From: Phoronis australis
Lineage: Eukaryota > Animalia > Phoronida
Direction: 5' to 3'
NCBI GenBank assembly: GCA_002633005.1
Contig: NMRA01000418.1
Span: forward strand, 307,173-371,172
DNA: 64,000 nucleotides
The position numbers and the translations under genes are program-made. Below are positions 36,218-51,034 of this stretch, piece after piece. Below the pieces are notes generated by a model. That model was not told the origin of the DNA. It ran no database searches and saw nothing but the letters and a program-made list of their open reading frames with translations. How positions within the stretch are numbered: position 1 is the stretch's first letter; each line of letters opens with the position of its first letter.

Positions 36218-39200
36218 TGTCATGTTTTTCCCCGCGTGTGGGTGGGCACGTGTGCTCGCCAACCGTCACATTTCCCTCTGCGTGGTTGGCGCGTGTTGTC
36301 ACCCGCCGGTGCTAATATCTTTCAATGCGACGATAGATTGAACCCTTGTTCGAGTTAATTACTTGTTCTGTGCTCCACCCAGAATCCTTGACTTGTAATG
36401 AACTTACACTCGATGATTCAAATAACCTGCTTTCTTTGTGACTGGCTCTCTATTGACTGTCGTTGAAAGTTATAATTGTCTTCACTCTCTCTTGTAGCTA
36501 ACTTACAACTTTTAACTGACCTTTACAAACTCGTGGTAATAGACTCATGCAATGTTCACATTCCAGAGCTTTCCGGTATCTAAGCAATCATTCTACAAGG
36601 ATATACATGTACTATGCTCGAGAATGTTCCGGATTACCTTAATTAATGACATGCTATAACCTTACCGAATTGTCCACACTATTGTGTTTTGTTTTGACCT
36701 CAGGGGTCATGCCAGTCAATAAATATCTGCCAGAACACAAAATAGAACAACATAATAAAACTAACAGACTCGGACCATTGCTGACAGCAGACCTTTGCCG
36801 AAGAGAAAAATGCTCATTAATTTTATAACCATCATCTGGTACAGATATATTACCTTCAGCTTCTGAGTCCTTCTCTAAATTAAGTGCTACCTGTCTTGGC
36901 TCCCTTAGTCGACCAAAATAATCTTCTCCAACGTTAGACAATCCCGGGATATCTTTCACATGGAATATATAATTCTGCAGGCCATAGCACATCGCACAAC
37001 TCTAGTTCTTTCAATCTAGCAGGGCTTTCCCGCATAGATAAATCTTGGACACTGTAGATTTCTTTGTAATTCTTATGCCAAGCTCTAAACCGCCCTAATC
37101 AAAATGGGTGTCTTCAGTAGTCTCACATTCTTCCATTAACACGCGCCGATCACTCCATCTTTGTCTGCGATGTTGTCAGCCAAGTAAAACGCCTTCAACA
37201 GATTGGCATAAAAGATCTTAATTTTGCCTTTCATGTTGATTCTGTAGTCCATGCGGTTGACTACTTTTGTAACTTCGTATGACCACTTCTACTGCATTGC
37301 AAGCTTGTTGTGGTCTGAGGGAAATTATTCCAAAATTCTTTGTCCCAGTTGGAATTGCCTACATGTACATGTACCTCTGGCCTTCTTGTCGTAGTAATTC
37401 TTGGAAATACCCTATATAATTTTTTTCTACCTAACTCGCGGTTCCTAAACTCGAAGACATAGTGGAAAGTATTTCGGACTTTGTTGTTGTCTTACCCAGT
37501 CTGAGGTTTGTTCGGATCATGCATCGGATTTTTCAGTGTTCTTCCGTATAGCAACTCTAAGGGTGACAGTCCTGCGCTTGATTAGAGAATTCCAAGGTAA
37601 GCAAACAGGGCAGCCAGTGATCATTCTTGACACATCTCCTTCATCATGGCTTTCAGTACACCGTTTATTCTCTGTCACGTTTTCCCCGTGTGTGGGTGGG
37701 CGCTGGTTGTTACAGACCGGTGCTAATAGCTTTCGGTGTGAAGATTGACTGAAGACTGGTTCAAGTTAATCCTTTATTAATCCCGACCGTACGTTCACAA
37801 GCCTACTCAAACAAAACGTCCGACGTAATGTCTGTTTTATGCTCCAGCCAGTGCTGCGAAGCCTTGACTTGTATTGAACTTCTGAGATACTTCCAGCAAC
37901 TGTCACACTCGTTGGTTCAATAACCTGCCGTCTCTATAGCTGGCTCTCTATTGACTAACGCTGTAACTGCTGAATCTCTTCACTGCAACTCAACTGTAGT
38001 TCTCCTGATTAACTTGCTTGAACTTACTTGATCTCTCGACTTGATCTTCTTGGACTCAACCGACTAACACAAACACGTGCTTGTGAATGTGTAGCCTAAT
38101 GCATTGTTCTAGAACTTTCCTGAATCTACCCAACCATTCTACAAACATGTACTAGTCTCTAGAATATTCCAGACTGCATTAATCGCTGTAATGCTAGAGT
38201 CTTCTAGAAAGTTCCACACTATACTGTAGTAAACAAATTAGATCATCACTGTTCTGACCTCAGTCTTCTAGAAAGTTCCACACTATTTTGTAGTAAACAA
38301 ATTACATCATCACTGTACTTAACTCAGGGGTCATGCCAATCAAACAGAATAACAAAACAAAACAATGCAACTAAAAATACTGTCAGACTATATTCTGACA
38401 TTCTCTTGCAACGTTGCTTGTAAAGTGTCGTATACAGCCGATGTGCAATAACTGACTTCCTTCATCAATGCCGCTGTCAACTGCGTTCTACGATCACTCA
38501 GGATCTCTGGTGGGAGCCCTACTGTATTGAAGACCATTAACAATGCTTCAAATACACGCTGTCTCAATATTTGGTTGCACTACAGCTTCCGGGTACCTGG
38601 TGGCAAATAGTGCCACCGTGAGAATGTATTTGTTTCCCTTGTCGGAAACTGGAGCAATAGGGCTAAGCAGAACAATGGCGATAGTCCTGGAAGACTCCTG
38701 CATCAAAGGCATCTCTCCCGCCGGTATCTTGGCTTCTCGACCTTTCAGGAATCGTCTTCTGACAGGTGTCGCATGATCTGCACAATTGGGCCATTTCTGG
38801 TGCCACTCCTGGCCAATAGAAGTTGCTGGTAACAGTTGTCTTTCTAACACCGAGATGTCCACCGAGTACAGGTAAGCCCCTTCACGGACTTTCGTAAATT
38901 ACTCGACAGGACAACTTGTGTCACTTCATCACTGTCTTTATTCTTGAACACTTGATAGAGAATTCGTCTCTGGTCTTAAACAACCTATGGCTTCTTTCCT
39001 TGGATATGTCGTTGAGCCTTGACTTCAGCTTGTACAAAGCTTTTTTATTGATGGTCGGAGATGCATCTTGTGGTTTAAAGTCCGCTTTGTGTTGCTCTGC
39101 CTGAGCCCCGGTAGTCACTGCGACCGCTTTCCTGCTAGAGTCACCAGGATCCGTTCCTACTGAAAAATCAGTCATCTTCTGTCCCTCTGCAGTTCAGGTC
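36218..39200 (-). mobile_element. Decayed Ty3/gypsy LTR retrotransposon with integrase upstream of RNase H (Gmr1-like); 3' LTR at 36218-36786
   Basis: Minus order: integrase core IAPVSDKGNKYILTVALFATRYPEAV...PPEILSD (38450-38700); integrase C-terminus DHNKLAMQ*KWSYEV...FYANLLK (37190-37350); RNase H end LQNYIFHVKDIPGLSNVGEDYFGRL (36900-36990); then a TG...CA LTR. RT largely deleted. Confidence 0.8.
37673..38400. mobile_element. Solo LTR of a related family inserted in the integrase gene; 5-bp TSD TTCTC
   Basis: TGTCA...TGACA termini; TTCTC at 37668-37672 and 38401-38405; homologous to the LTR at 36218-36786. Removing it restores ...RINGVLKAMMKEMCQE. Confidence 0.85.
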
Positions 39201-42125
39201 ACTGGGTTCTTCTCTCGAGAAGTAGTGCCGACGTATTTACTAACTCTCTTATGTCACTATAATAAATCAATATTAATGAAAATACAGGAAGCCAAACAAG
39301 CCATCGAAATTTTTGTTGTTCATTATCCAGTGGCCACTCCAGTCTTAAACCCACGAAATATCAACTTCCTCTCGACTATTGAACATCGCATAATAGAATG
39401 TATTTTTAATGTCATGAAATTAGAACAAAGTACTCGTTCTTGCGGCATTACAAACGTAGTGGTAAAATCAATCGAATTATCTTGCAGCGTTTGAAGTCCG
39501 CCCAAGGGGTTGATATTCACAAAAATCCCTTCAGTGTTAAACTCACCCATCTTAATTACTGCGTTTTCTTCAATGGCGTTAAAATCAAGCATCTTGATTC
39601 AAAGAAGATTACCATATCAACATTCAGTTCTACGATACAGTCATACATGTATCTGTCATTTTGGAGCTTTTGAGCTTGAGAACGTGTGTGATTTCACAAT
39701 AAAAATTTAACGACGTCACTTTTGGATCAAAATCCAAATGCCTCTTTTAAACGAAATTATGGAAAAACTAATGTCATGACATTCGCTTAGTTTCTCATAT
39801 TAAAAGTACATAAAAGATGACATGTCAAACATTAAAATATGAAAATAAGTCGCATGAGTACCGAATCTGAATCAATGTCCCGAGACTGGGGCTGAGAGTA
39901 TTGCCTCCCATTCAGTACCTGATAATTCACCAAACCACTGCATCTTAATAAGTTGAGCAGTTCTAAAAAGTTATGGTTGTAAAGAGTGTAAAAGTTTGCG
40001 TAAAGGAATCGTGGAAAAGCACATTGATGAAACTTTGGCAAGAACATGCCACGGAGTGTCAAGAGACTACAAATTTCGAAAGACGAGAAATCATATAACA
40101 TAGATTGTATTTCTGGATTGAAGGTGCGTCACTGTAAGAATGAAGTAGAGCAATGGCCCCTCGGTGCACGGAATCTTCTGAATTAATGGCTCGCTGATAT
40201 CCTAGTTTCCTAATTTCTTGAAGCATTTCCTAAGCACTTGAAATCAGTGTTTCAAAAATCAGAGAATAGTTCAAACAGGATAACATACTGCTGCACAACT
40301 GATGTGCGCTGTTTTCCATAAAATTGACCACAGGACTGAACTTACTCTTAAAAAAAGGAAATTCGGAAGAAATATACAGTTTTGAGCAGCAGGTCGACTT
40401 TTGTTGGTAAAAATGTCGCTGTTAATTTTTGACGTGGCCAAGCGACATGTGTGACTCGGTCGTAACGTTAATAGGTGGGTGTTGAAAGTTTTCTACTGTA
40501 CATGTACTGCTGCAACTCTAGCTTAAAAACCAACTATTAAACAATTTGCGATTTAACACAACATGCGAATCTTGTTGATAAAAACTCTACTCTGAACACC
40601 AGTGAAGTTCCATGAGTTTACCTTCTTTGATAACAAGGCAAAGGAAGGTGGAACCTGCAAATTTCCTGTAGGTAATTAAGCTAAGAGACGTGCCTTTCTG
40701 ATCGTGACAAATTGAAGCCAACATTCACGTAGTTCTCTTTATATAGGTCTGTTAATATTTTGAATTCTTTGCCATCACTTCTTGAAACAACACATTCCAC
40801 GTATGGATCCAGATGGCGACGGATCGCCTTGCTCTGCAATGTTTGTGTTGCACCGATATGCCCATATAGCGGCCCTAGGTATGTCCATTAGCATCTTCCA
40901 AGATTTTGATTCTTAGAATTGAAACTACATGTTTATTAAAAGTGAGTCTAGAAGGGGAGTTGAAATATACCGTGAGCTTGTCGTTACAAACTTACTTCTT
41001 TTTGGAACTCCGCATAAATGGAAGTGTTAATTTTGCACCACATTGATCTAAACCCGTTCTGTATCACAACTGGGGCAACAATTTCAAATAAATATTGTTA
41101 TTATATTCGGCTGTATCTTTTTAGCTCATTGACGAAACTTGATGAGAATTGGCAAACTGGAAGCAGTTACAGAGGTGACGGTGACTTTCTGTTTTGGGGT
41201 TGATACGCCATATCTTTGCAACCTGTTTGTCATTTGTACGATTTGTGAGTACTTTTTACCCACATGTATTTATCTGCAAAACCACTCAAATAATCATGCA
41301 GATCGTTAGATGTGCTCCTAAAAGAACACGACAGGCATTTGTATTCGGACACTTCAGACCATCCCACCCGTAGTAGCAGTTGCGTCGGGAGTTGAATCGT
41401 TAACCTTTGGGAGGCTCTTTGTGAAATCTCGTACATGTACGTACATTGGTTATCCGAGCCACCAAAGTACAAGTTTCAGTCTATTTTGCAATTTACTTAT
41501 TTTGTTGTTGAAAACAAAAGGTTTGGAGACGGCTAATATTACCCACTGCGTTCTAGGGTTCCAGCAGCAAAATTAGAGGTCATTGAGTGCATAAAATATG
41601 ACATATTTTATATTTGTTAGGACTCATGCCCACGTACTAATAACGAAGTTGTTTTGAATTTTCACGAAAACACTGATTTTTGAAAATTTTTCGTTTTTAT
41701 AAGGGGTGCCTCTTGACCAAACCCTAAAATTACCAGGTCACAGGTTTAATTGTGTTTCAGAGGCAGAGAATCACTTTTAATGTTGCAATATTGTCTGTTT
41801 ATGGCGTTTCAAGCCTCTGATCAACTTCCGTCGTAATTCTCAACGAGTTTTGTAGTTTTCAGACCAATACAGCTTTTTCAACATCAGCACCTTGAATCAA
41901 TATTTAGGGAGCCCAAATGAATGAGCTTAGAGCACAATTACCGTGGTATACCCGAATTTCAAATTTACTTCATCACCCAAACATGCAGGCACCTACCTGC
42001 TTTCCTGTAATTCACGGCGTATTAAATTTGAATGCCTGTACTTACACACTTATATGGGTTACACATGTACATACAGTACATTAATACTTACATAGTACTT
42101 AAATACACAAATACATAGTACATGC

Positions 42126-42132
<7 letters not shown>

Positions 42133-42169
<37 letters not shown>

Positions 42170-42177
42170 TTGTGTGT
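42133..42177. repeat. (TG)n microsatellite
   Basis: Directly visible. Confidence 0.95.
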
Positions 42178-43616
42178 ACTATTTTTGACGCCCACATATA
42201 ATGCTTTGAACGTCTTTCAATACCCAATTCTTATTATTGTACATTGTAGCCCGCTTCTCATACATTGTATAGTTCCTCGGGTCAATGAAGTAATTAAATC
42301 TCCAATTCTACAAAACACCAAAACAACCCACCGCAAAAGCTACATGTATCTAGCTGTATGTTACAAGGATGGTTAACCGGTTTTGTCGATTGCAACCAAT
42401 TCTCGTTCTGTCACCTGCAATTGCATCTTAGCGGTCCCTATGGCTATTTGAAGTATGATTTAACTAATAACTGTGGTTTTTATCAGAGGTTATATATTAT
42501 GGTTCTAGCTGGGTGATCTTTCCCTACAGTAAGTTGTTTAAAGCGTAGGTCACGTTTGCCGACTTTGTACTGAGACCTAAAAATTATTTTCCAACTGTTG
42601 AGGATTGTGATGATTTCAGAGATTTATTTTATTTCTGAAAAACGAAGGGGAAAGTCGTTGTTAAGTATCAGGCAATAGGCCGAAACTGAGATTGGTATAC
42701 TTTTGCTGATCTCGAGTAATGCTCTATTGGTCGATACATCTTACACTGAATAGATTAAACAAATTACAACGTAATTCGTCCTCCACTGAGGTTAGTCGTG
42801 ATATATCGCTGCTAATTTTTCCATGAATTGTGCTATATAATAAACAAAATCGTTGCTTGTGTGGTGGTTGTGACAAATCGGTAACTGACCAAGATGACTC
42901 TATTCAATTTTCAGTTTTACAAAGACACAAGATCAAACCTAACAAGTGCCGATCCAGGATTTTTAAAGTGGTAGAGGTCAGAGCAAGGGAGTTTTAGAAG
43001 GGGGACCAAGTCAACAGGATTTGACATCACTAAGATCAAGGGAAAAAGGCCGGTCCGACCCCTTGACCCCTTTGGATCCTCAAGGTAGTCTTTGGATTCC
43101 TCAGAATACGACAGGTCAAGCAATGTGTCGTTGTCGTAAGCCCTGCGGGTTTGACTGAAGACGGCATCTTTTGAATCTTTTAACTGAGTTCCACATACAT
43201 CGGTCCCCTATTTAATGTTGCCGGGCAGGGACTCCCTTTACCCGCAAAAGAAAACACTAACATGACACAGACATGGACAATTATTATGCTGCGGCTAACT
43301 GTGAGCATGTACTTAATGTTTGCAAGTGTGTTCGGCTCAGAAAAGCTTATAGACCTTCTTCTCAAATGTCTGCACTCATTGCATATCAGTATACCGACAG
43401 GATGAAGGTTTCATAGTAGCACGTCGATAGTTTCTTAGTTGGGAGAATCCAGATCAACGCAGTACGGTGGCTTGAATACTTTAAACCTGGCTTTCCTAAA
43501 CCCGCTCCCTGGTCTAACAACACCAGGCTTTCAGACTTTTAAACCACGTTGGTGGATTGCTATTTAGATATAACATTAGACCGGCTTTAGGAAACCAGGT
43601 ATCAATCTTAAACCGG

Positions 43617-44010
43617 GGCGCGGTCTCTAATCTTTGTACTTGAAACGAACTCGAAATTATTTTTGGCAATTTCTCTGCTCCTTTTGTGCGAACTCAAGAT
43701 AATTGGTTATAAGACTGTGCTTGAATACATTATAGGTTACGCATATGAGTTTCTAGTCCAAGTTTGCACTTGAAGACCCTTATATTCGTCTACGAACTCG
43801 AGTAACAACTCGAAGATTCGAGTTCAACTTTTAGCCTTAATGTTGAGTTTATCAATTGCAAACGGTGACTAATAAATTATCAACGTAAGTTATTATGTAA
43901 TTGAGTATAGGATAATAGACACTTATCTTGAGTTCGCACAAACGTAAGGTAGAAAATGCCAAACATAGTTTCGAGTTCTATTTCGAGTAAAAAGATTAGA
44001 GACTGGGCCC
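43617..44010. mobile_element. MITE with long TIRs nested in another small inverted-repeat element (~43470-44030)
   Basis: GGCGCGGTCTCTAATCTTTGTACTTGAAA... vs ...TTTCGAGTAAAAAGATTAGAGACTGGGCCC. Confidence 0.7.
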
Positions 44011-46546
44011 TGGTTTTGTTGAACTACCTTTATGAAACCGCCAAATGGTGAATAAGAAGCAGTGCAAGCAAGAAGCGCGAGAGCATTGTGGAAAGACATT
44101 TTGCAGTGCTATCAATTTTACTAAATAATCCACGAAAACACCAGACGTGCCTCTTTTACGTTTCCTTAGAATCCATGATTGTAAGGATTTTTGTTATTCA
44201 ATAATATGCTAAATTGTCTTTCATTTTTGTGTTCTGTTCACGGTTGGAAGACGAGTCAATATCAGCCCGGTGCCGCTGTCCTCTGCAGTGCAGGCTACTG
44301 CACAGGCTACGCTCTGCCATTTGCATATACTTCGTCGTACTTCTACTAACATTATATGTGAGCGAGCATCAGAATGGTAAAGTGTTGTGGTAGTGATGAA
44401 TTGTCTTACTTTACAAAAACCAGTGGTCTGCAGTGGTAGCAGCCGGGCGTATTCAATAGGGAACATTCAAAATTGTTGGGTGGACATGAAACGCACAGTG
44501 ACATGGGAGGTATGAAAGATTATGAGGAACAGTAATTTGTCTTATTAAGAACTGAAACATGACACAACACCACGATGGCCAGTTTGAAGGCAGCTTCATG
44601 AGAATGAAAGGAAATACATTTCCATACTAATTTAAATACACAATTTCATTCTCAATCGATTATAAGTGGACGTCAGTTAACGAATTTTACCCATTTTCAA
44701 AATCCAGTAATTTTTTTGCGCATTGAACGTCATAAAAATTCGAATTCGTCAGTGTTTGCATACATGTAGTTTTGACTGCGCCGCTAAATTAGTGTTGGTT
44801 AATCGCCGCTTGGGACTCTAGTCCTTCGACCGATAACTATTGCGCGAATGGCAAGATGACGCATTGAACTGTCCTATTCTTCGTACTCTCCTTGGTCGAA
44901 TCGAATCTTCTCATGTCATTCACAACACTTTGACATTGACATAGTTAGCCGCTCATGTTTTTTGCAATATGTTTAGTCTGAAAGGTACATTGTTAGGAAA
45001 AAGCTCTTTGAAACTACGCCATGGATAACTTAATTACTCGGCAGTGTAGGTAGACAGCCACAATGATTAGCATTATGCGAACACTTACGGGTTATTTGAT
45101 TCGATCAGTGAGATGAGCTGACAATTACAGCTAATTGCTGCTCGTTGAATCTATTGTCATGTTTCAAGTTAACACATCGTGCATGTTGGTGACAGCCTTT
45201 CCTACAGGGACGTTTTCATAAAAGGGAAACTCAAACCTCACATATTTTTGCATGCACAGCAAGCATTTTTAAACGAAGCATTCTTGTTAACTAGCGGTAC
45301 CAGTAACCTTAAATATGAAAATCGTCAACTAGCATTTTTAAATCTAACAAAGAAGTTGACAAGTGGGCGATTTTTGAAAAAACGGACAATTCCGAGTTCG
45401 TTTTTGGAATGTTATGATGTCATCATATCGACTGAACTTGGGAACACTCAGAAAAAGTTTCCGTGTATCAATGAGCCTCAACATTTATGGGTCATTGGAT
45501 GTATGTATCTTCCTTATATACATGTACATATACAACGTATTATCTGGGCCCGTTATACGGAATATCGTCATGAAATCTGGAGCTTCTCAAAATCACTCTA
45601 AATGGTGTTTCCATAAAGTTTTACTTCAACTACAAGAGAACAGTGGGTACAACACTTGAAGGAATATCAACATCAACAGCAACCTACAAGAAAACATCTA
45701 GCAAAATCTTAACAATAACATTTTAAGTGAAGCCAACATCATCAAAAAAAACAAGAACCACGAAAAACTAGTGAAATAACAATCAAAACACTTACAGTTA
45801 ATTGTAATAACAACATGTTTATCAAACAATTAGTAATTGAACACCATACCAGCAAAAGATAACAACATGTAAAAAGAAAACCTTGTCCACGAAATTAAAG
45901 TTTAATGTTCTCAAAACAATACCTATTTTCTTCTGGTCTAGAAAATAATAGGGTTTTACAAAGGCGTGTTTTGTTGTTTCTTTTTTCGACGTACTCGAAT
46001 ACTGTAAATCAGTTAGAATGTTCAAATGAATAACAAGAAAAATAAATACAGTAAATCTCAATAACTATTAACCGTTCACCAAACAAATAATAAATGAACA
46101 TTACATAAACAAAATATATGATGTATGAAAAACCACTTTACAGGTCACGAAAAATTATCATTAGGTTCTCAAAACATTAAACATAGTGTAGAGCACTAGA
46201 ACATAATACTGTTTTAACATAAAGTACTTCATTGTTTACCTTTGCTACGCTTGCGGACTGATTATCAGTAGGAATGTCCAAATAATTGAGAAGCAAAACA
46301 GTAAATTTTAATAACAAATAATTAACACCACTGTCAATCAAATAACAATTGAAAGGCATCAAGAATATAAAAATTAATAGCTGGTTTATGTATTAAGTCA
46401 TTTCGCAACTAAAACGTTTTTTGTGAATTGCAAAAATAATGTACGGTTTTAACTTTTTGTCCTTTGCGACGGTTGCAGGATATTAAACCAGTTAGAATGT
46501 TCCAAATAAAAATAGCAAAGAGCCCGTCTGTGGTGAGTTTTGAGCT

Positions 46547-46632
46547 TCAAATGATGGTAGAGATCATCGCCATCACGACAAAGGCTGTCCCGAGTACGAT
46601 TTTGTTTGGAATATCGTCGTGTCCAGCCGAAA
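46547..46632 (-). CDS. Gene B terminal coding exon: GPI-anchor signal (V)SAGHDDIPNKIVLGTAFVVMAMISTII*
   Basis: ctctttttgcag| acceptor, phase 1, 86 nt to TGA; same length and frame as in gene A. Confidence 0.85.
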
Positions 46633-47082
46633 CTGCAAAAAGAGGTCAATCACAAGTACATTTATTGATAAGGTCGTCAATAAGATAGCTGGAATCAAAA
46701 CAACGTAAACCTCGAAATATAATCAATAATCTGAAAGTGACCTTAAATTTGCAGTGAACTCCAGTAAACTAGAATGAACATAGGATTGTCATTAGTGAAA
46801 ACATTTTTGGCATAGGCCAGTGATTGAGCAAGCTTAGAAGGTTCGGAAGAGGTAAGGGACTGAAAACGAACTTACAACATGTTGTAAGGACACTTCAAGT
46901 TTGAAACAAGACCAAACCAGGATGACAGGGACGAAAGGTTTTGCCAGATTACGTGTCAGGCTGGCCGCTCAGCGATTGACATATTGATACTGAGGTTAAC
47001 TGTATCAGTATACAATGTGTAGTCAGTGCCAGCATGGGGCTGTTCAAGATAAAAACATGATTTAATACCATGACCTCCTTAC

Positions 47083-47138
47083 CTGGAGCGTAGATAAAAT
47101 ATGATTAATATAGTGAACGCCGTGGCGGATATAGCATA
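47083..47138 (-). other. Candidate 56-nt frameshifting cassette exon of gene B
   Basis: ttttcctttgcag| acceptor, CAG|gtaagg donor; homologous to 4626-4679. Confidence 0.4.
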
Positions 47139-48756
47139 CTGCAAAGGAAAAAGGGCTCTCCCAAATTTTCCTATGGGTTGCCAACAATACTACCGATGGC
47201 GAAGTGAAAAATTGATAGACTCGATGGTAACTTCCAGGACCTGTTTTTTGAAAGTAAAACCAATTTTTACTCATTCTTTGAATTGTACACAAATGTCTGA
47301 CTTCTAATGCGCCCAGAAAAACACTGGCACTCTATGGTATTGGGGCAAACGTTTTAATGGAGATAAAAACAAAATTGATCTACAGTATCTACCTGTCTTC
47401 TTGTTTGATCTTCATAAATGAGGAAGTCATGAAATGAATGACGGAGAAGTTACTTTGAGCAGATTGTATTTGATGCATTTGTTCCTATGTCTATTAAAAT
47501 TTAGCTTTGGACATATCAAGTTAATTAAAGTTAGCAGCATCCCAGAAATATTATTTTATAGAATTAATAGACAAGTTTCTATTCTGAGTTTTCTGTAGTC
47601 AATGGAAATGAATGATTTGTGGAAATTGAAAGGTCACGATTGCATATATTTTAAATTGTTCAATGATGTAATTAATACATTTCAAAAGTATATTCTGGAA
47701 ATGTACTAAGATTAGGGAAATTGAAAGTTAATATGAGTTGTTGTGACCGCGGAGATACATCTCTTTCAAAGCATTATGCATAGTTGAACCAGTATACTCT
47801 GAAGTATATCTAATCAGAAGGTTTTTCATTGATGCGTCAGCTTTTTGATTCCCCTATAATATTTTCATAGCATAAACTGGACACGAAGCCAAATGTACTC
47901 CCTAATGATAATTACACATGTCCATGAAAAAATTATCTTCAGAATTAGTAATCACCTTCGGTAGGTCACCACTAATGTCGACCACAGTCAATAACCGTTT
48001 AATAGTAACCGAGGCTGGTTTTCAGACTTTTAAATCACAACATGTTTTGTTGATAGGCACAATATCTAAGTATTCATTTATTTTAATGAGGTGTACCTGA
48101 TGCAAATCAAAAGTTGAACTTGTCAAAATTAATGCTTCAAAGAGTGAAGGATTTTTAGAAAAATATAAAATTTTAATAGAAACGTTATCATAGTTCTACA
48201 TGTATTTCATGTTACACTTCGTCTTCAGATTTCACAACATACAGGAAATGCCTGACCCAGGAATATAATTAATCTGGTAAAACAACAAGCTAATATCGTG
48301 AAATGAAGTCGATGCCTATTCAAAAGAATATGGTAATCACTGAAGAAAAGATTTTAAATAAATGTTGACGATGAATACATGTTAGAAGCTAACAATACAT
48401 CAAACCCACGCTAAATTAACATTGACTACCGTTTAGGAGGAAAATATTTTTAAGTTCATAATTGCAAAAAATGTTATTTAAAGATCACGTATCTTCGTAT
48501 CTGCGTCGAGAGAGGTACTATGTCAGGAAAAAGAAGAGTAAGTTATAAAACAACAAAGTAAGAATTCTCAAAATTGAATAATAACCAAAATTAAAATGTT
48601 TGTGTTCATTAATACAGTTATGGTCTTCGACGGATTTGACAAGTCCAGCAGTTTAAGAGAACACGTTTTGAACAAAATGCGACACATTATCTGGCTACTA
48701 TTAAGCTCAGCCTAATCAGTGAACAAAGTTGAACTAAAGAAAATATACCGACATAC

Positions 48757-48786
48757 CTCCAGCTTTTACAGTTGATTTAATTGTAC
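48757..48786 (-). CDS. Gene B stalk microexon, 30 nt: (G)TIKSTVKAG
   Basis: gatttgcag|30 nt|gtatgt; phase 1-1; 6 nt shorter, frame preserved. Confidence 0.75.
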
Positions 48787-49401
48787 CTGCAAATCATAAG
48801 TTAGAGTAGATGGAAAACCAAGTGGCGTAAAGTTACTGTGAATAAATTGAAATAAAAATGAAAACTTATTCTAGTGTGTCCAGTGTTGATAGAATGACTA
48901 CACTTGGTAATGTTGACATATTTCTTGTTTTCAGAACGTCTATGACACAAAATGTAAGACTTCACGCTACGGTAAACCTCACGGCAATCGTTACTGACCG
49001 CACTTACATGTAAGGGTTACAATTGGTCAAGGTTCTTAAGTATGACAATCATTGTGTCAACCTTAATCAGAGACAATATTCACATACAAGCCCTCAATGC
49101 TGAGATGTCACTCAATAGGAACCTATGAGCAAACATCCTGGAGATGTTGCAGAGATTTTAGTTGATAGATCTTGTGCCATGCATTGAGGGACGAGCTGAA
49201 AATTCTGTTATGGTAGTATGTTTTCTGTGTACTTTACCTGAGGACGATTTTTGACTAATATGCAAACATAGTTTTCATGCTACATTCTGGTGTACCTATA
49301 GTTTTCCATTTCTTACTTCTAATTTAACATATGGCTTCCCCCTATTGAGTTATATCGTCCATGAACAGATTAAACTTTAAATAAGAAAAATATTGACATA
49401 C

Positions 49402-49437
49402 CTACACCTTCTCCATTTTCAGTTGGCTTAATGGTAT
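49402..49437 (-). CDS. Gene B stalk microexon (D)TIKPTENGEGV
   Basis: ggtttacag|36 nt|gtatgt; phase 1-1. Confidence 0.85.
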   Translation of the reverse strand: MPLSQLKMEKV

Positions 49438-50098
49438 CTGTAAACCATCAACTAGTTTGACAAGAATACGTTACTCGTTAAATTTAAGTTTGCATACACA
49501 TATATACCCTTAAGTTTCAAAAAAGTTGCTGTGAGTAAATAGAATGAATCAAAATATCTAATATCAATCTAAATAATGCATAGAGTGTTGACTTAATGAG
49601 TAAACAAGGAACTGTTGACATCTTTCCAGTGTTCAGCCAGTCTATGAGTCAAAATGTAAGTGGTCATGCCAAGGTACACTGTACAACTCAGGACAATCGT
49701 TACATTTCATCCCACATAACCTTATCAAAAGATTCTTGAGATCAACCTTTTTCTCCATGACAACAAAGACATGTCAAATGTTTAATCTGTGAGACAACAC
49801 ACAACTGAGTGAGTTGTGTTACATATGATGTCTCATGCACTGTGATGAGATGTGAGTATTATGTTAGGATATTTGGTTTTATTTCTACTATTGTACCTGA
49901 GGAGGATTATTGATTAATGTCCAAATGCCGTATTTATGATGCACTTTAAAGTCCTTTTTGTTTTTCCAGGATTTCTTACTTCTCATTTTGCAAAAACCTA
50001 ATATTATTCTCGTGAAAGCGACATATGGTCTGGCTACTATTAAGATCTCTCTTCAGTGAACAAAGTTAAAATTGAGTTCAAAAATATATCTTTCTTAC

Positions 50099-50134
50099 CT
50101 ACAGCTTTTCCAGTTTCTGTTGGCATAACGGTTT
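50099..50134 (-). CDS. Gene B stalk microexon (E)TVMPTETGKAV
   Basis: gatttacag|36 nt|gtaaga; phase 1-1. Confidence 0.85.
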   Translation of the reverse strand, partial: KPLCQQKLEKL

Positions 50135-51034
50135 CTGTAAATCATATTTTAGTGTTACAAGAAATATTCCTACATATCCACAAGTCCAAGTTCAGGCTCA
50201 AGAAAAAATTAAACCCGGGTGGCGATATTTTTGAGTGTGTGTATTTTTAAGTCACAAAAATAACATGGATGGATGTCTGCCTTTTCAATTTATGTTCAAT
50301 TCCACACTGTGGCACGATGCATAAGCTGAAACATTTTCTGAGCAACTTTCATATTTTAGGAAATTTGAACTCAGACGTTTCCAGACAAGCTGCTGTTACT
50401 ATACCCCTCAAACACAGGTTTTCATGGACGTCCCTCACAGCTCCTCAGTATCGCACTGGTAAAGACAACGGCGGAGACAGTCTTCTTCCCATTACGTATA
50501 ACTCCGATAACAGATTTGTAATTTTGGCCTCTTACATACACTTAGCAACAGGTATAATAAAATTAATTAAATCTGTGAAAATGTATTGATTAAATTCTAC
50601 ATGAGACACAGGCCCATAGTAGGAGCTCTTCAAAACCATTCAAGTAAGGAAATGAAGTTGCTCTCACAATTTGAACCAGAAAATCAAACCTCAAACATAA
50701 CATTGGAGTGTCATTGAAATGTATTGGATTTCATAACTAAAGAATTTTCAGTGTACACACGCTTATAAATGCATTAGAGTAAAACCATGAAAAGACAGTT
50801 CCCATACACGGAAAGGCAATGGTGTTTCGGAGTGAGGGCCCTTCAGCGCATACATGTAAGACTGCAGAGGAACAGTTCTGTTTTCTTTTGCCCTTTCCTT
50901 GTACCATTTTCGAAACACTTGGGAAAATGTTTTCAAAATGTCAAAATAGTTTGATACGTAAAAGATAGGCGGACCCAGCGTATTGTCTACTAAGGTTAAG
51001 TTAATTTTGAATGGGACAAAATGTTTTGACATAC

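Noticed and set aside
39225-39710. Cluster of short ORFs next to the gypsy remnant
   Set aside because: No identifiable domain or consistent splice sites.
47950-48020. Possible extra exon between the microexons and the GPI exon in gene B
   Set aside because: Homologous sequence in gene A (5345-5400, 6915-6965) has indels and lacks the splice sites; treated as intron.
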